Assembly (NCBI GenBank): GCA_977020255.1
Contig: CDROCS010000506.1
Coordinates: 3,410,001 to 3,474,000, forward strand
DNA: 64,000 bases
Direction of reading: 5' to 3'
DNA from: Obrimoposthia wandeli
Taxonomy: Eukaryota
Positions 48,263 through 57,751 of the stretch are shown piece by piece; position 1 is the stretch's first letter, and each line of letters starts with the position of its first letter. A model generated the notes under the pieces. That model was not told where the DNA came from. It saw only the letters and a list, made by a program, of their open reading frames with translations, and ran no database searches. The translations under genes were made by a program, and so were the position numbers.

Positions 48263-49720
48263 ATGTCAGTACTTAAAGATAAAGTTTCAGTTCAAGATCA
48301 GCTTTTAGCATCATTGTCCCATCAAATGGAAGTCGCTCGTCAACAAGCGATGAACATGGCTATCGAGCACCAAGATAAAGCCCTTTTATTCGCGATTAAG
48401 CAAATTGATGAAGTTAAAGAGCAGCTAAAAGATCCATCCAACTTTTTGGGGCGAATGGATACTAAGCATGGTGAAGTAGCTGAAAAAATCGAAGTTGCAA
48501 TTAGAAATGCAAAGGAAGCACTTAATCAGCAAGTTACAGCTGCACCAGACTTTAGCGCTACCTTTGAAGGCGTTGGGAGAATTGCCCCAGAAGACTACAT
48601 CATCGATGGGGTGGAAGTTCAGTCTAAGTTTATCAATGGTTTAAATAATAATCTAAAGCATGTAATGGACCACATGGAAAAGTATGAGCAATTTGGTCGA
48701 GATGGCTCGTATTATCATATTCCTAAAGATAGTCATCAACAGATACAGAAAATATTAGATGGAGAGTCTGTTGATGGCGTTAAGCTAGCAACTATAAATG
48801 CCGTTAAGGAAAAAGTTCAAGCGATAGAAGCTCTTTCTGGTAAATCATTTAATGAAGTCGTACAACCCGGAAACTCAACATATGACGAAGTACAGTTGTA
48901 TAGAGCGGATGGAACTTTAGATCAGCATAGTACTGATTTAAAAATTGAAAATGATGTGAAAGTAGATGATATAAAATCTGATGATGTATACAAAGAAAGC
49001 CTAGGTGAAATGGGCAACGCTGCTTTAGGCGGTGCAGTGGTTGGTGCTGGCGTAAGCTTTGTTAGTAATGTTTATCAGAAGCATAAACAAGGTAAAAACT
49101 TATTCAAAGGTCAATTTTCCAAATCCGATTGGAAAGAGCTCGGCATTGATATGGGAAAAGCTTCTTTAATTGGTGGCTTCTCTGGTGCTGCTCTTTATGG
49201 CTTAACAAATTATGCTGCGATGTCGGCACCATTCGCTGGAGCAGTGGTTACAGCTTCCAAAGGGATTGGCAGCTTATCAATGCAATATAAGAGTGGTGAG
49301 CTTGAACTTGATGAGTTTATTGATCTGAGTTTGCTCGTATGTGGAGAGTCGGCTGCAGTCGGTTTAGCGTCAATGGTTGGACAAACTCTAATACCAATAC
49401 CTGTAGTGGGTGCTTTAGTTGGTTCGATGGCGGCTAAGTTTTGTATAGATCTAATCAAAAGTTCAGATGAAAAGGTTATCAATGAATTTCAAAAGAGAGT
49501 CAGTGAATTCTCGAGTAGCTTAAACGCGCAAGAACTAAAAGTACTTAAAAGCATTGAATCTAAGTTTGAACATTTAACTAGTATCACTGAAGCTGCATTT
49601 AATGTTGAAAACAATACTAAATTACTGGAGCTTAGTGTTGACCTTGCTCGTGAACATCATGTACCAGAAGATAAAATAATTAAAAGTATCTCAAACTTAG
49701 ATGATTTTATGTTGGGGTAA
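48263..49720 (+). CDS. Coiled-coil / putative nuclease-like / membrane-segment protein (island cargo)
   Basis: Abuts the upstream stop. Contains EDYIIDGVEVQSK (PD-(D/E/Q)xK-like) and several Gly-rich hydrophobic helices ending IPIPVVGALVGSMAA. Confidence 0.75.
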   Translation: MSVLKDKVSVQDQLLASLSHQMEVARQQAMNMAIEHQDKALLFAIKQIDEVKEQLKDPSNFLGRMDTKHGEVAEKIEVAIRNAKEALNQQVTAAPDFSATFEGVGRIAPEDYIIDGVEVQSKFINGLNNNLKHVMDHMEKYEQFGRDGSYYHIPKDSHQQIQKILDGESVDGVKLATINAVKEKVQAIEALSGKSFNEVVQPGNSTYDEVQLYRADGTLDQHSTDLKIENDVKVDDIKSDDVYKESLGEMGNAALGGAVVGAGVSFVSNVYQKHKQGKNLFKGQFSKSDWKELGIDMGKASLIGGFSGAALYGLTNYAAMSAPFAGAVVTASKGIGSLSMQYKSGELELDEFIDLSLLVCGESAAVGLASMVGQTLIPIPVVGALVGSMAAKFCIDLIKSSDEKVINEFQKRVSEFSSSLNAQELKVLKSIESKFEHLTSITEAAFNVENNTKLLELSVDLAREHHVPEDKIIKSISNLDDFMLG

Positions 49721-49941
49721 GTTATTTTTTAATTTAAATAGGGGAGGGCGATTAATTTAAGACGTGTATTTTCTCCATCAAACGTACCCATAAATATTTA
49801 TTTAACGTATTTTGTGGTGATTTATTCAATAAAGCACTTTTCAAACAATTGGTCCTTCTGCTGGTTTAATACGTCCGCCTGCATTGGTTTATTTCTTCGC
49901 TGGGCGTGATGCTATCCTATTAATGATAATGAGATAAATGA

Positions 49942-51663
49942 ATGAAAGTTATTAACCCTATAGAACTAGATATTTTAACCGATGGCGAGCGCTATACATT
50001 AGATACAAAACTTAAGAAATTGTTAGCTAATGATGATTGCTTTATCTATGTTCAACCAATAATAAATAACATGAAGCCAGACTTTATTGTTATTGGTAAA
50101 GAGTTTGGAGTTTTAACTATAGAGGTTAAAGATTGGAGTGATGATTATGTTTTATCTGCAAATCCACAAGTTGTTACCTGTGTAGATAAAAAGTATAAAA
50201 ATCCAATTTCACAAGTTAGCACTTATTCGAGTATCATCCGTAGTAAATTAAATGGAGTTTTTGATTTTATTGATGAGCAGGGGGATTTAACGGTTCCTGT
50301 AAAATCTGTAGTCTTTTATGTTAACTTAACAAGTGATGCGGTAACTAAGCATTCGCATCTAGTAAGCAATGATGTTGCGGTTTATAATAAAAGAGATTTA
50401 CGTCATCTATCTTTAACTGATTTTATTACGCCGAGCGATGTTTATTTATCGGATAAAGAACTCTTGGCTGTTCGTGGTGTTTTATTTCCCGAAATTGTAA
50501 TCCCAAGTGATAATCCTATTTCTAATGATGAATTTTTAGAAGTCGTAGATATTCGAGCGTTAGACTACGAGCAAGAAGAATTTTCTAAAAAAGTTCCTAA
50601 TGGACACTACATGGTTTCGGGAATACCGGGTAGTGGGAAAACGGTTATATTACTATCTAGAGCCCTGCATCTAGCACAACATCACAATGATTATAAAATT
50701 ATCATTCTTACTTATACAAAAGCGTTGTCTAATAAATTAAAGCATCAATTAGCTCTTAAGGCTAAAGAAATGCAAATTGATAATAAGGCTTTAGATAGAA
50801 TTGAAATTAAAAACTTTCATAAGTTATGTTATGACCTTGTAGGCAGTCCTGCCTATAGTAAGGGAAAGAAAGATGACGTTTATTTTAATCAATTTTGGCC
50901 AAGAGAAGCTATCCTCGCTGTTAAAAATAACCCTAAATATGATGCCGTGCTTGTGGATGAATACCAAGATTTTCATGCAGACTGGTTTGAGCTTTGTCGT
51001 GAAATTTGCAAAAAGAATTCGAATGGCGAAGAACATTTATTTTTTGCGGGTGACAGATTACAAAGAATTTATGATGTGACTTGGAACAGCTATAAAGAAA
51101 TAGGAATTAATATTCAAGGTCGAAGTAAGTTACTGAAAACACCTTATCGAACAAATCAAAATCATTTAGATTTTTCATTAAAGTTCCTTTCATTAAATGA
51201 GGGGTTAGCGAAAGATATAGGTAATTTTTATGAAATCGAAAAGTTAAATAATTTTTCTGTTTCTAGGGATAACATAGACCTATTAGCTGGTAATACCTCA
51301 TCACTATTAAAATATATTGAGGAATTAGTTATGAGTCTTGATATTGCTCCTGAAGATATATTGATTCTATGTCATAAAAATTACGAGTGTTCTCAAATAC
51401 TAAAAATGATGCCAGAGAATATAAGTTGTAATTTTGTATCTGGTAAAGAACCTATGAAAGGAAAAGGACTGATTACAACGTATCACTCATCTAAAGGACT
51501 CGAAGCTAAATATTGCATTTTGTTCAAAGTAGAAAATTTTGAAGTGGACAAACAAAATAGAACTTTAATGTATGTTGGTATGACTAGAGCATCTGAAAAA
51601 TTAATTATTAACTATGAGTATAATAAAAATTTCGCTGAAGATATTACGGATATGTTGTCATAA
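49942..51663 (+). CDS. NERD nuclease fused to a superfamily 1 (UvrD-like) helicase
   Basis: PDFIV...IEVKDW, Walker A GIPGSGKT, Walker B VDEYQD, GDRLQRIY, YRT, TYHSSKGLE and YVGMTRA. Confidence 0.85.
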   Translation: MKVINPIELDILTDGERYTLDTKLKKLLANDDCFIYVQPIINNMKPDFIVIGKEFGVLTIEVKDWSDDYVLSANPQVVTCVDKKYKNPISQVSTYSSIIRSKLNGVFDFIDEQGDLTVPVKSVVFYVNLTSDAVTKHSHLVSNDVAVYNKRDLRHLSLTDFITPSDVYLSDKELLAVRGVLFPEIVIPSDNPISNDEFLEVVDIRALDYEQEEFSKKVPNGHYMVSGIPGSGKTVILLSRALHLAQHHNDYKIIILTYTKALSNKLKHQLALKAKEMQIDNKALDRIEIKNFHKLCYDLVGSPAYSKGKKDDVYFNQFWPREAILAVKNNPKYDAVLVDEYQDFHADWFELCREICKKNSNGEEHLFFAGDRLQRIYDVTWNSYKEIGINIQGRSKLLKTPYRTNQNHLDFSLKFLSLNEGLAKDIGNFYEIEKLNNFSVSRDNIDLLAGNTSSLLKYIEELVMSLDIAPEDILILCHKNYECSQILKMMPENISCNFVSGKEPMKGKGLITTYHSSKGLEAKYCILFKVENFEVDKQNRTLMYVGMTRASEKLIINYEYNKNFAEDITDMLS

Positions 51664-51729
51664 TAATTGAGATTAGAAATAATGATTTAAATATCATTAA
51701 TTATTTTTAGGGGTAACCTAAAAGACAAT

Positions 51730-51793
51730 AAAGGCGAGGCAATAATTAAATTGTTCTCGCCTTTGTTAGCTTAAATACGCAGTTCTAGACCTG
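51730..51793. repeat. Hairpin repeat copy 3 (short-loop variant)
   Basis: AAAGGCGAG...CTCGCCTTT-GTTAGCTTAAATACGCAGTTCTAGACCTG. Confidence 0.85.
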
Positions 51794-51800
51794 CGTATTT
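51773..51800 (-). terminator. guaC intrinsic terminator
   Basis: AAATACGCAG-N8-CTGCGTATTT, a perfect 10-bp stem 8 nt after the stop. Confidence 0.8.
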
Positions 51801-51808
51801 ACACCAAT

Positions 51809-52849
51809 TTATTCTTTACCGAATACGTTGTTTTCTTGCTCAAGTACACGGATAAAGGTAGTACGCTTGCTTAGCTCTTTTAATGAAGCTGCGCCAACGT
51901 ATGTACAAGTAGAACGTACGCCACCTAGGATATCAAAAACAGTGTTTTCGATTGGACCACGGTAAGGAACTTCTACAGTTTTGCCTTCTGAAGCACGGTA
52001 TTTAGCAACACCACCTGCGTGTTTGTTCATCGCAGTTGTTGAGCTCATGCCATAGAATTTTTTCGTTTTCTTGCCATTAACTTCGCACAGCTCGCCGCCA
52101 CTTTCGTCGTGACCAGCTAACATACCGCCAAGCATAACGAAGTCTGCGCCGCCGCCAAATGCTTTAGCAACATCACCAGCACAAGAACAACCACCGTCAC
52201 CAACAACCATGCCTGAAAGGCCGTGAGCAGCGTCAGCACACTCGATGATTGCAGAAAGTTGTGGGTAACCAACACCTGTTTTAACACGTGTAGTACATAC
52301 TGAACCAGGACCGATACCAACTTTGATGATATCTGCACCAGAAAGAATAAGTTCTTCTGTGATTTCACCAGTAACTACGTTACCAGCCATAATCGTTTTA
52401 GTTGGGTATGCTTTACGTACTTTACGCACGAAATCAATGAAAAATTCTGAGTAACCATTAGCTACATCGATACAGATAAACTGTAAACGCTCATCTAATG
52501 CTAGAACTTGTTGAAGTTTTTCGAAATCTGAATCTGATGTACCAGTTGATACAAAGATGTGGTCAAAGATTTCTTGGTTTGCTTCTAGGAACTCTTTCCA
52601 TTCAGCTACAGTGTAATGCTTATGTACAGCTGTTAGCATTTTGTGTTCAGCAAGTTCTTTCGCTGCTTCAAATGTGCCTACAGTATCCATGTTTGCAGCA
52701 ATAACCGGTACACCTGTCCAAGTGTACTTGCTGTTAGGGAAAGTGAATGTACGCTCTAAGCTTACTTGTGAACGACTCTTAAGAGTTGAACGTTTTGGGC
52801 GGAAAAGTACATCTTTAAAACCTAGCTTCAATTCTTGTTCTATGCGCAT
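51809..52849 (-). CDS. guaC: GMP reductase
   Basis: [54 protein letters not shown] and RASEGK. Confidence 0.97.
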   Translation of the reverse strand: MRIEQELKLGFKDVLFRPKRSTLKSRSQVSLERTFTFPNSKYTWTGVPVIAANMDTVGTFEAAKELAEHKMLTAVHKHYTVAEWKEFLEANQEIFDHIFVSTGTSDSDFEKLQQVLALDERLQFICIDVANGYSEFFIDFVRKVRKAYPTKTIMAGNVVTGEITEELILSGADIIKVGIGPGSVCTTRVKTGVGYPQLSAIIECADAAHGLSGMVVGDGGCSCAGDVAKAFGGGADFVMLGGMLAGHDESGGELCEVNGKKTKKFYGMSSTTAMNKHAGGVAKYRASEGKTVEVPYRGPIENTVFDILGGVRSTCTYVGAASLKELSKRTTFIRVLEQENNVFGKE

Positions 52850-53399
52850 GACATCTATCTTCTGTTTGTTTGCACAGGCTCTTATTCTTGGCCGCAATAT
52901 ATAGCAGGCGCAAGGAAAACCCTAAATGAATGGGTTCATGGATGGTACTGTGCAAAAAATTATAAGGATTTTAGTTTAAGCGGTACAAGCGAATCGTGTG
53001 TGCGGGTAAGCCGCGTTTATCCAACGCGCTTATACGGACTGATATTAGTCTAAGGGTCGTTATCTTGTAAAGGCTTTATTTTCATGTGAAGGAGCGATAA
53101 AGGTCATTTCTTGACTTGAAAGTCAGTATTTATGCGGCTCTAGGAGGGATAAATAAAGTTTAAAATAATTGTAACGAGCAAGGGGCAGCATCGGGATGAA
53201 TTCTGAACCGTAAAGATGTTTATAGCTGGCAAGGGCAAGTTAAAAAAGAGAAAGGTAAAAGGCAAAGCTAAAAAAGACCAAGCCCCACAGTATTGAATGC
53301 GAACTGTGAGTGCTTGGCCAAGGGTTTTATTATAAATGACGAACAGGAACCAACTAGCCGCGACAGGCTAGGCTCGTCATTGTTTTACTGGTTACGCTT

Positions 53400-54404
53400 C
53401 TATAGTAGCGAGAACAAGTTCTTCACATCGCTTAGATCTGGGATTAATTCCATTTCGCTGCCGATGTTGTGTTGCTTAGCTAGTTTGTAAACTAAACGTA
53501 GTACCGAGTAGTCTTCTAGTGCAAAACCTACTGAGTCATACAAGATAGTACCGTCTGTTGCGACGTTCAGCGTTTTCTCGCCTTTAATAATCTCGTGTAG
53601 TTCTGTACAAGTGAAGTCTGCACCCAGTTGTTGGATCTCACCTTCAACACGTGATTGTGGTAAGAACTCAACAACAATCGTTGCGCTTTCTACCAATTCT
53701 TTTTCAATTTCTGTTTTACCAGGGCAATCACCGCCAAGACCGTTAATGAATACGTCTTTGCTGATCATGTCTTTGGTTAATACTGTTTGGTATTTCTTGT
53801 CTGCTGTACAAGTGGTAATTAAATCAGCACCTTGAACCGCTTCTCTTGCGTCTTTACAAGGTGTTAGGCGAATGTCGAAACGCGCCATGTTCTGCTCGAA
53901 TTTACGCATTGCTGCAGGGTCAGTATCAAAGAAACGTACTTCTTTTAAATCAAAGATGAACGAATACGCTAAGAACTGGAATTCACTTTGTGCGCCAGTA
54001 CCAATCAGGGCTAATACTTCAGAATCTTTCTTGGCTAAGTGTTTTGCAGCCATTGCTGATGTTGCAGCTGTACGGAAACCAGTAAGCAATGTCATTTCTG
54101 AAAACATCAGCGGTTCGCCAGTTTCAGTTAACGATAATTGACCTGTCGCCATTACCGTCATTTTGTTTTGAGACGGGTTTTTTGGGTGGCCATTTACGTA
54201 TTTAAACGAGTACATTTCCGCATTAGAAATAGGCATTAATTCGATTACGCCGTCTTGAACGTGATTCGCAACACGTGGGCTTTTATCAAAGTCGTGCCAA
54301 TTTTTATAATCTTCAGTCAATGTATCATTAAGCTGAGCGAAAAAGTCTTGGTAGCCAACTTTCTCGATTATCGCTTTAATATCTTTTATCTCTAATACAA
54401 TCAT
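53400..54404 (-). CDS. ocd: Ornithine cyclodeaminase
   Basis: GVIELMP, FKYVNGHP, TGFRTAATS, IGTGAQSEFQ, GGDCPGKTE and DSVGFALED. Confidence 0.9.
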   Translation of the reverse strand: MIVLEIKDIKAIIEKVGYQDFFAQLNDTLTEDYKNWHDFDKSPRVANHVQDGVIELMPISNAEMYSFKYVNGHPKNPSQNKMTVMATGQLSLTETGEPLMFSEMTLLTGFRTAATSAMAAKHLAKKDSEVLALIGTGAQSEFQFLAYSFIFDLKEVRFFDTDPAAMRKFEQNMARFDIRLTPCKDAREAVQGADLITTCTADKKYQTVLTKDMISKDVFINGLGGDCPGKTEIEKELVESATIVVEFLPQSRVEGEIQQLGADFTCTELHEIIKGEKTLNVATDGTILYDSVGFALEDYSVLRLVYKLAKQHNIGSEMELIPDLSDVKNLFSLL

Positions 54405-54549
54405 GGTGATCCTTGTTAAATTATGTTTAAGGTAAAAGAGAAAAATCGAATTTTTCCATTACAATCATAGCCATATGAATAATATACATATAAATCAATG
54501 AGTGGTTTATCTAATACGTTTTACAATTAAGATACGCACTTGTTATGCG

Positions 54550-54620
54550 TGTCGGTTTAAGTGTGTTATGCATAAATCTAAGTGTGTTATGCATAAAATT
54601 AAGTATTATATGCACCGATT
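54550..54620 (+). repeat. 21-bp-period direct repeats (TAAGTGTGTTATGCATAAA x2 plus a degenerate third) in the ocd/tetR divergent region
   Basis: Copies at 54558, 54579 and 54600, preceded by TGTCGGTT. The two intact copies each contain the palindrome TTATGCATAA. Confidence 0.85.
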
Positions 54621-54717
54621 TAAGCTTATTAAATTGCCAGCACCACGCCCTAGGGGTATGATTAATTTTCGTCTAGTAGACTCATCTTATACTTAAATAC
54701 GGATTAAATACCTGCCT

Positions 54718-55338
54718 ATGCCAGCCAAAGGAACTAAAGGTAAAAACCGTAAACAAGAGTTAATCAATGCCACATTAGATTGCATTGCTAACGAAGGTTT
54801 ACAAAAAACCACAGTACGTAATGTGGCTGAATATGCCAATGTCACCAACGGGCTGATCCGTTTTTACTTTTCCGGTAAAGACGAGATGCTACGCGCTGCG
54901 TATTCGGCATTGCTCGAGATCATGTACGTTAACGCCAGTGTCGAAATTAACGACCAAGACGTGTGCGGAAAGACTCGATTACAGCACTTTATTCAAGCGA
55001 CGCTATCAGCGCCAATTGTGTCACCACGTACCGTATTGTTATGGGCTAATTTCTTGCCGATGACTTACATCGATCCAGAAATGGCAGCCATTCGTACTAA
55101 TGAGTATGCTAAAACAACGAAGATATTAGCGCCGTTGATTAGTGCTGCATTAGCCGCCGATAACATCACAGTTGATCATCATGAATGTGAAATTCTAGCG
55201 ATTAAAATCAATGCTTTGATTGATGGTTTATGGCTAGAAGGCAGCATGGCCGCCTACAAATTCAAAGACAATGAACTGGTCAATATCGGTATCGACAGTG
55301 CATCTGCTATCCTATCTATTTCGTTAGATAATATCTAA
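54718..55338 (+). CDS. TetR family regulator (BetI-like C-terminus)
   Basis: RKQELINATLDCIA..G, TTVRNVAEYANVTNGLIRFYF and LIDGLWL. Confidence 0.88.
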   Translation: MPAKGTKGKNRKQELINATLDCIANEGLQKTTVRNVAEYANVTNGLIRFYFSGKDEMLRAAYSALLEIMYVNASVEINDQDVCGKTRLQHFIQATLSAPIVSPRTVLLWANFLPMTYIDPEMAAIRTNEYAKTTKILAPLISAALAADNITVDHHECEILAIKINALIDGLWLEGSMAAYKFKDNELVNIGIDSASAILSISLDNI

Positions 55339-55400
55339 CCTGTTCTGTAAATAGAATTAGATCTGGCTCTCATAAAAAGCACACACTGCCGTATTATTGT

Positions 55401-56270
55401 TTAATGACGTTCTAGTGGGAATGTCATGCAGTGTGGACCACCGCCAGTTTTCAAAATTTCCGTCGAATGCAATTCAAATACGGTGAAACCACGTTCACGT
55501 AATTGCGCATTTACATCGATATTTGCGCTTAACGAGATAATGCGTTTGTTACCCAATGCTTGCAGGTTACAGAAGTGCTTAAATACGCCTGCTTCTTCAA
55601 TCTTAATTAAGTCGTAACCGGCTTCATCAAGGTAAGCTTGGAATTCTGGTGGTAAACCGTCGTAATACGTTACGGCTGTCTTTTCACCAACGATATTAAA
55701 GATCATATCAAGGTGTAGGTATTCTGGTTTCGAGTTAACCGAAATGATGGTGTAGCCTAATGGTTCAAGCTGCTCACGAATACTCTGGATGCCTTTCTCA
55801 TCAGAACGTTGCAGTGTACCAATCGCCAGCGTTTTTTCATCCAGCTGCCAGAAATCACCGCCTTCTAATATACCTTCATGACAAGTCGCTATGATAGGTA
55901 CACCCAGTTCAGCTAGTTTTTCTGCATACAATAAGCTTTCTGCATGACGCACTTTTTCTTTAAAGCGACCCAGAACATAACCTTCTTTGATGTTGAAACC
56001 AAAGTCACGGGCAAATACTTGGCTCGACAAATGTTCAGTCGGCGCGAGTACTTCGACATTAATACCGTTGCTTTCGTAAATGTTGATCAGCTCTTGGTGT
56101 TCGTTTAAGCATTTTTGTTGATCTATCTTCTCGCCTTTTTCTAACCAATCTTCCGCAATCTTGTTGATTGGTGAAAGATTCAGGTAGGTTGGCGAACAAA
56201 GTAATACTTGCTTCAATTCACCTGTCGCTGATTTTACATAACTGGTTTCCATAACCTTTTCCTTTTCCAT
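55401..56270 (-). CDS. Amidinotransferase-superfamily hydrolase (DDAH/arginine deiminase-like)
   Basis: TGELKQVLL, QVFARD, LEGGD, HLDM and GGGPHCMT catalytic Cys. Confidence 0.85.
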   Translation of the reverse strand: MEKEKVMETSYVKSATGELKQVLLCSPTYLNLSPINKIAEDWLEKGEKIDQQKCLNEHQELINIYESNGINVEVLAPTEHLSSQVFARDFGFNIKEGYVLGRFKEKVRHAESLLYAEKLAELGVPIIATCHEGILEGGDFWQLDEKTLAIGTLQRSDEKGIQSIREQLEPLGYTIISVNSKPEYLHLDMIFNIVGEKTAVTYYDGLPPEFQAYLDEAGYDLIKIEEAGVFKHFCNLQALGNKRIISLSANIDVNAQLRERGFTVFELHSTEILKTGGGPHCMTFPLERH

Positions 56271-56381
56271 AAGTCTTGTCTTTTAATTAAAATTATTATT
56301 GGCTGAAGTAACGTCATACTAACTGCGTATTGTTGCATTTAGACCGCGTTGCAGCTGTTTAGTCGGCTGCTTACGATTTCG

Positions 56382-57326
56382 TTACGTTCTTGGGCTGAGG
56401 TGGATCCCTGCGATCATGCAGCGAATAGAACCGCCAGCGAGTTCGATAGTCGGTACACTAAAGCCTAAAATTGTTGAGTGACGTTCGATGCGCTCTACTT
56501 GGTATGGTGTTAATGCGTCTTTCGCACGTTGTGACATTACCAAGTGGCTTTTACCATTGCCTGTAAGCTCGATGGCGTTACCAGCAAAGTTATCAATTTG
56601 GTCGAAACTAAGTTCAATGACTTCGATTTCTGATTCTTCTAAGCGTTGGCGAACCGCGGCGCGACGAGCTTCATTTGGGATCATGTCCAAGCAAATAAGC
56701 GCGTATTTTGAAGCAACACACATCATCACATTGGTATGATAAATCGCGGTGCCAGATGCATCTTCGGTTTCAAACGCCATAGGTTCGTATTGGAAGATGG
56801 CGCAGAAACGTTCCAGAATCACTTCGCTAGAACGGTTTGATTTAGCGGTATAGGCGATACGGTTGACGTTGTCTAATACCATCGCGCCAGTGCCTTCAAG
56901 AAACAGGTTATCCCACTCTAAACCAGAGAAGTCGATAACGTCTTGTACACGATAATGCGCTTTTAACATTTCAATAATGTCACTGCGGCGTTCGCGTCGG
57001 CGGTTTTGTGAAAACATTGGGTAGAGAGCAACGTGGCCGCCACTGTGGGTCGAGAACCAGTTGTTTGGGAATACTGAATCGGGTGTCTCACGATCACCAA
57101 AATCATCAAATACGTGGACGTTGATGCCGTGCTCGTTTAATCCTGCAACTACGATGTCAAATTCATTTTTAGCTTGCAGTGATATACCGCTACGATCTAA
57201 CTCGAGTGAGTCTTGTTCATCGAGGCCAGTTTTTTGAAACGCATTATCGACTGCCGTTTCTGGATTCGAGAAAAATTTCCACGGTCGAACCATGACAACT
57301 GAATTTGGCGCTTGGATTAAAGCCAT
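56382..57326 (-). CDS. ctlX: Citrulline-utilization hydrolase CtlX-like protein
   Basis: TPDSVFPNNWFSTH, LEGTGAMVLD, IYHTNVMM, NFAGN and GGSIRCM. Confidence 0.85.
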   Translation of the reverse strand: MALIQAPNSVVMVRPWKFFSNPETAVDNAFQKTGLDEQDSLELDRSGISLQAKNEFDIVVAGLNEHGINVHVFDDFGDRETPDSVFPNNWFSTHSGGHVALYPMFSQNRRRERRSDIIEMLKAHYRVQDVIDFSGLEWDNLFLEGTGAMVLDNVNRIAYTAKSNRSSEVILERFCAIFQYEPMAFETEDASGTAIYHTNVMMCVASKYALICLDMIPNEARRAAVRQRLEESEIEVIELSFDQIDNFAGNAIELTGNGKSHLVMSQRAKDALTPYQVERIERHSTILGFSVPTIELAGGSIRCMIAGIHLSPRT

Positions 57327-57751
57327 ACAACTTCCTTTTATGAAATCATGTTTAACAAACATGGCATTAACAACTTGTTATTGAAAAATAGGTGTTTTGC
57401 AAAACTATGCAACTGCATAAACAATAAGGCAGACATTGATTAAAGTCAATTAATGGCAGGGATAAGAGGCTTTTTAAAAAGGGGTAGAAAATGACGTAAT
57501 CCGTACATTAGACATGTTAATGCATTGTAAACACTAGCTTTTATCATTTGTTAATGAATTATAAAATTTGTTATGGAATGTGATGGGGTTATCGGTTTTA
57601 TATAGCGCTGGTGGATGTTCAGCTAGGTGATTATGGTGTATTTTAGGTTTTATGCAGGGTAATAAAAATGGCTTGAACTGAGTTAGTCCAAGCCATTTAT
57701 GCATAATGTTAGCTCGCTACTTCTGCGGTATTACGCGTATGCTGAAGCTAA

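Noticed and set aside
51664-51790. Transposon right end next to guaC
   Set aside because: A minus-strand TGT at about 51728 is not followed by CAACCAT-type sites, and the sequence at the expected position is native terminator DNA.
46540-51800. CRISPR array or atypical I-F3 repeat-spacer associated with the Tn7-like end
   Set aside because: No 28-bp repeats with 32-bp spacers were seen in any intergenic gap. CTCGGCAACTTGATAAC near 46576 only partially resembles an I-F repeat and occurs once.
54474-54492. ArgR box upstream of ocd (TGAATAATATACA)
   Set aside because: Half-site spacing is one base short and there is no tandem partner. The similar single box at 57396-57413 is also too weak to call.
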